Assembly: GCA_038231435.1 (NCBI GenBank)
Contig: JBBRLJ010000051.1
Coordinates: 1-32,911, forward strand
Reading direction: 5' to 3'
DNA from: Planctomycetota bacterium
GTDB taxonomy: Bacteria; Planctomycetota; UBA11346
Length of the DNA stretch: 32,911 bases
Under the pieces are notes generated by a model, which was given only the letters and a program-made list of their open reading frames with translations, searched no databases and was not told the DNA's origin. Positions 30,669-32,911 of this stretch are shown one piece after another. The position numbers were made by a program, and so were the translations under genes. The stretch's first letter is position 1. Every line of letters begins with the position of its first letter.

Positions 30669-32630
30669 TCATGTGGAATTCCGCGCGCGGCGCGAAGAAC
30701 GCAGGATCTCATGGACGACGGTCTTGAAGGTCCGCGTGTCGAATGGCTTCGAGATGTGGATGGAGCAGCCGGCGGCTAGCGCAGCCGCACTGTCGGTCGC
30801 TTTGGCCCGGGCCGACACCGCGATGACCGGGATGCCGCGGGTACGCCGATCGAGCTTGAGCAGGCGCGTCGCCTCGAAACCATCCATCCCGGGCAGCTCG
30901 AGATCCATGAGGATGAGATCCGGAATGTGCAGAGCGGCGAGGCGAAGCCCCTCCTTCGCGTCCGCGGCCGCGAACACCGTGTACCCCGAGGTGTCGAGCA
31001 GCGCATGGACGAGCTCGCGATCGAGTTCGTTGTCGTCTATCACCAGCACGGTCCGCTTGAGCTGGTCAACCGGCTTCTTCTTGATCGTGTCGCTGCCCGT
31101 GCTCGACACCTGCGCAGGGGGAAATTCCACGATGAACGCACAGCCCTTGCCCATGCCGGCGCTCTCCGCCCAGATATGGCCGCCATGCAGGTCGACGATG
31201 CGCCGCGTGAGCGTGAGCCCGAGCCCAGTCCCAGGATGCTTGGCGTCGCCAGGCGACTCGACCTGCACAAACTCCTCGAACATCAGTTCGAGATTGGCCG
31301 CATCGACCCCGATCCCTGAATCCTGAACGCGCAGGCGCAATCCGGACGCGGCCGATCCCGCACGGACGGGCTCGAGCGTCACTTCGACCAGGCCGCCCTC
31401 GGGTGTGAATTTCAAGGCATTCGACAGCAGGTTGTACAGAACCTGCTTGAACTTCTGTTCGTCCGCCGAGAGCGCGCCGATCTCTTCTGAACTGCGCAGC
31501 GTCATGCGGATGCTCTTCTTCGCTGCGATCGACTTCATCAGATCGATCACACCCTTGACGGTGCCGGCGGGATCGAACACGGTCGTATCGAGCACCATCT
31601 TTCCGGCTTCGATCTTGGCCAGATCGAGAACGTCGTTGATGAGAGTCAACAGGTGGCGGGCGCTGGTGAGGATGTTGTCGACGTACCGCTCTTGCTTCGA
31701 GTTGAGATCACCGACGGTGAGATCGCGCAACAGCTCGCCGAATCCGATGACGGCGTTCAGCGGAGTCCTCAGCTCGTGGCTCATATTGCCCAGGAAAGCG
31801 CTCTTCGCATGGTTAGCGGCCTCGGCGGCCTCCATGGCCATGCGCAGCTCCTGCTCCAAGCGCTTGTTGGCTGTTATGTCCACCATGCATCCGACGAGAT
31901 CGATGGCGGTGCCCGACTGGTCGCGCACCACCTTCATGTCGTCGCGGATCCAGATCCACGAGCCGTCGCCGTGATGGAATCGGTACTCGCTGGTGCCGCC
32001 ATGCGATGCGACCATGTCCCGCGCATCGCGCAGGAAACGCTCACGATCGTCTTGATGCAGGCAAGAAACCCAGAATCCTGGCCGTTCGCGGAACACGGAC
32101 GCATCGTGGCCCAGGATCGCGCGAGCGTTGTCGCTCATGAATGTCGTGCTTCCGTCACCCGAGAGCGACGAGCTGTAGATGACGGCAGGGGACGACGCGA
32201 GCAGCTGTCGCAGCCGTGCCTCGGCGGAACGCAACTCCGACGACAACGCATGTCGTTGCCGCGCGTGGTGGAGGACGCGCATGAGATCGGCGAGATCGAA
32301 CTCGCCCTTGACCAGGTAATCCTGGGCGCCCGCCTCGATGGCTTCCGCACCGAGCTCGGCCCGGTGGCTGCCGGTGAGCACCACCACGGGAAGTTGGCGA
32401 CGATGCCGGCACAAGACGCGGCACGTATCGAGGCCATCGCTATCCGGTAGGTCGAGGTCGCTCAATACCAGATCGAAGGGTGCGCGATCGAGCGCCTCGA
32501 GCGCTGCCGCCAGGCTCTCGACGTGCGTCAGAACCGGGCGCGGGGCGGGCAAGCTGTCCACGATCACGCGAATCAGGCGAGCGTCACCGGGGAGATCCTC
32601 GAGCAGGAGAAGCCGGAGCGCATCAGCCAT
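30669..32630 (-). CDS. Cytoplasmic hybrid histidine kinase: REC-PAS-HisKA-HATPase-REC
   Basis: LLLLEDLPGD receiver, PAS (LHQDDRE, EYRFHHGDGSWIW, VDITANK), MSHELRTPLN, NLLSNALKFT, GTGLGL and terminal receiver LILMDLELPGMDG. Start ATG 32630. Confidence 0.93.
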   Translation of the reverse strand: MADALRLLLLEDLPGDARLIRVIVDSLPAPRPVLTHVESLAAALEALDRAPFDLVLSDLDLPDSDGLDTCRVLCRHRRQLPVVVLTGSHRAELGAEAIEAGAQDYLVKGEFDLADLMRVLHHARQRHALSSELRSAEARLRQLLASSPAVIYSSSLSGDGSTTFMSDNARAILGHDASVFRERPGFWVSCLHQDDRERFLRDARDMVASHGGTSEYRFHHGDGSWIWIRDDMKVVRDQSGTAIDLVGCMVDITANKRLEQELRMAMEAAEAANHAKSAFLGNMSHELRTPLNAVIGFGELLRDLTVGDLNSKQERYVDNILTSARHLLTLINDVLDLAKIEAGKMVLDTTVFDPAGTVKGVIDLMKSIAAKKSIRMTLRSSEEIGALSADEQKFKQVLYNLLSNALKFTPEGGLVEVTLEPVRAGSAASGLRLRVQDSGIGVDAANLELMFEEFVQVESPGDAKHPGTGLGLTLTRRIVDLHGGHIWAESAGMGKGCAFIVEFPPAQVSSTGSDTIKKKPVDQLKRTVLVIDDNELDRELVHALLDTSGYTVFAAADAKEGLRLAALHIPDLILMDLELPGMDGFEATRLLKLDRRTRGIPVIAVSARAKATDSAAALAAGCSIHISKPFDTRTFKTVVHEILRSSRRARNST

Positions 32631-32684
32631 GCGCGGCCCAACTCGTCCAACGAGGATGATAGCCAATCGTGCGGATTCGGTATG

Positions 32685-32911
32685 CCTGAAAAATAATAAA
32701 TTGTGCTGAGAGAGTGCGCACCAGAACCTCGGCGTTGATGATGCATAATCGCCTCGGGTTGTCTCATGAATTCTTAACTTACTATATTTACAACTGTTAT
32801 GCCTTACTTATGGATTCGGAATGAGACGCTCACGACCTTGATCTCAGGGGCATATCTTTATTATCGTTTGAAACGTATACTAATTTAATTAGTATGACAC
32901 TCTTCTTAAAG
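32685..32911 (-). promoter_or_regulatory. AT-rich upstream region of the signalling operon
   Basis: About 34% GC over 32761-32911 by manual count, far below the rest of the window. Non-coding and directly upstream of the first minus-strand gene. Confidence 0.6.
32877..32895. promoter_or_regulatory. Perfect inverted repeat ATACTAATT-T-AATTAGTAT, candidate operator
   Basis: 9-1-9 palindrome read directly from the sequence. It overlaps a weak minus-strand -35 (TTAAAT, 32883-32888) lying 17 nt from GATAAT (32860-32865). Confidence 0.5.

Overview
High-GC (roughly 65-70% by eye), gene-dense bacterial DNA from a diderm (it encodes an outer-membrane beta-barrel and a lipoprotein). The left part (1-12.8 kb) is a mixed accessory enzyme region. 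It holds the 5' end of a poly-HAMP sensor gene that is missing from the ORF track, a divergent PurD-like ATP-grasp plus methyltransferase pair, an AhpD-like plus ArsS-like radical SAM pair, a TlpA-like redoxin with a degenerate active site, a DUF748 protein, a methyltransferase plus heme-oxygenase-like diiron enzyme pair, a B12-binding radical SAM enzyme and an AI-2E transporter. The right part (12.9-32.6 kb) is entirely on the minus strand. It is a tightly coupled Wsp/ACF-like chemosensory cluster (cheW, cheR-TPR, cheW, MCP, cheA-REC, cheB) embedded among four HisKA kinases and two response regulators, with no recognisable DNA-binding or diguanylate cyclase output, followed by a lipoprotein, a beta-barrel and a secreted clan GH-A glycosidase. 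One kinase gene (29482-30648) carries an in-frame TAG in its receiver domain. The window ends in an AT-rich upstream region containing a perfect 9-1-9 palindrome. I saw no rRNA, tRNA, CRISPR array or mobile element. All family assignments come from motif recognition, not database searches.
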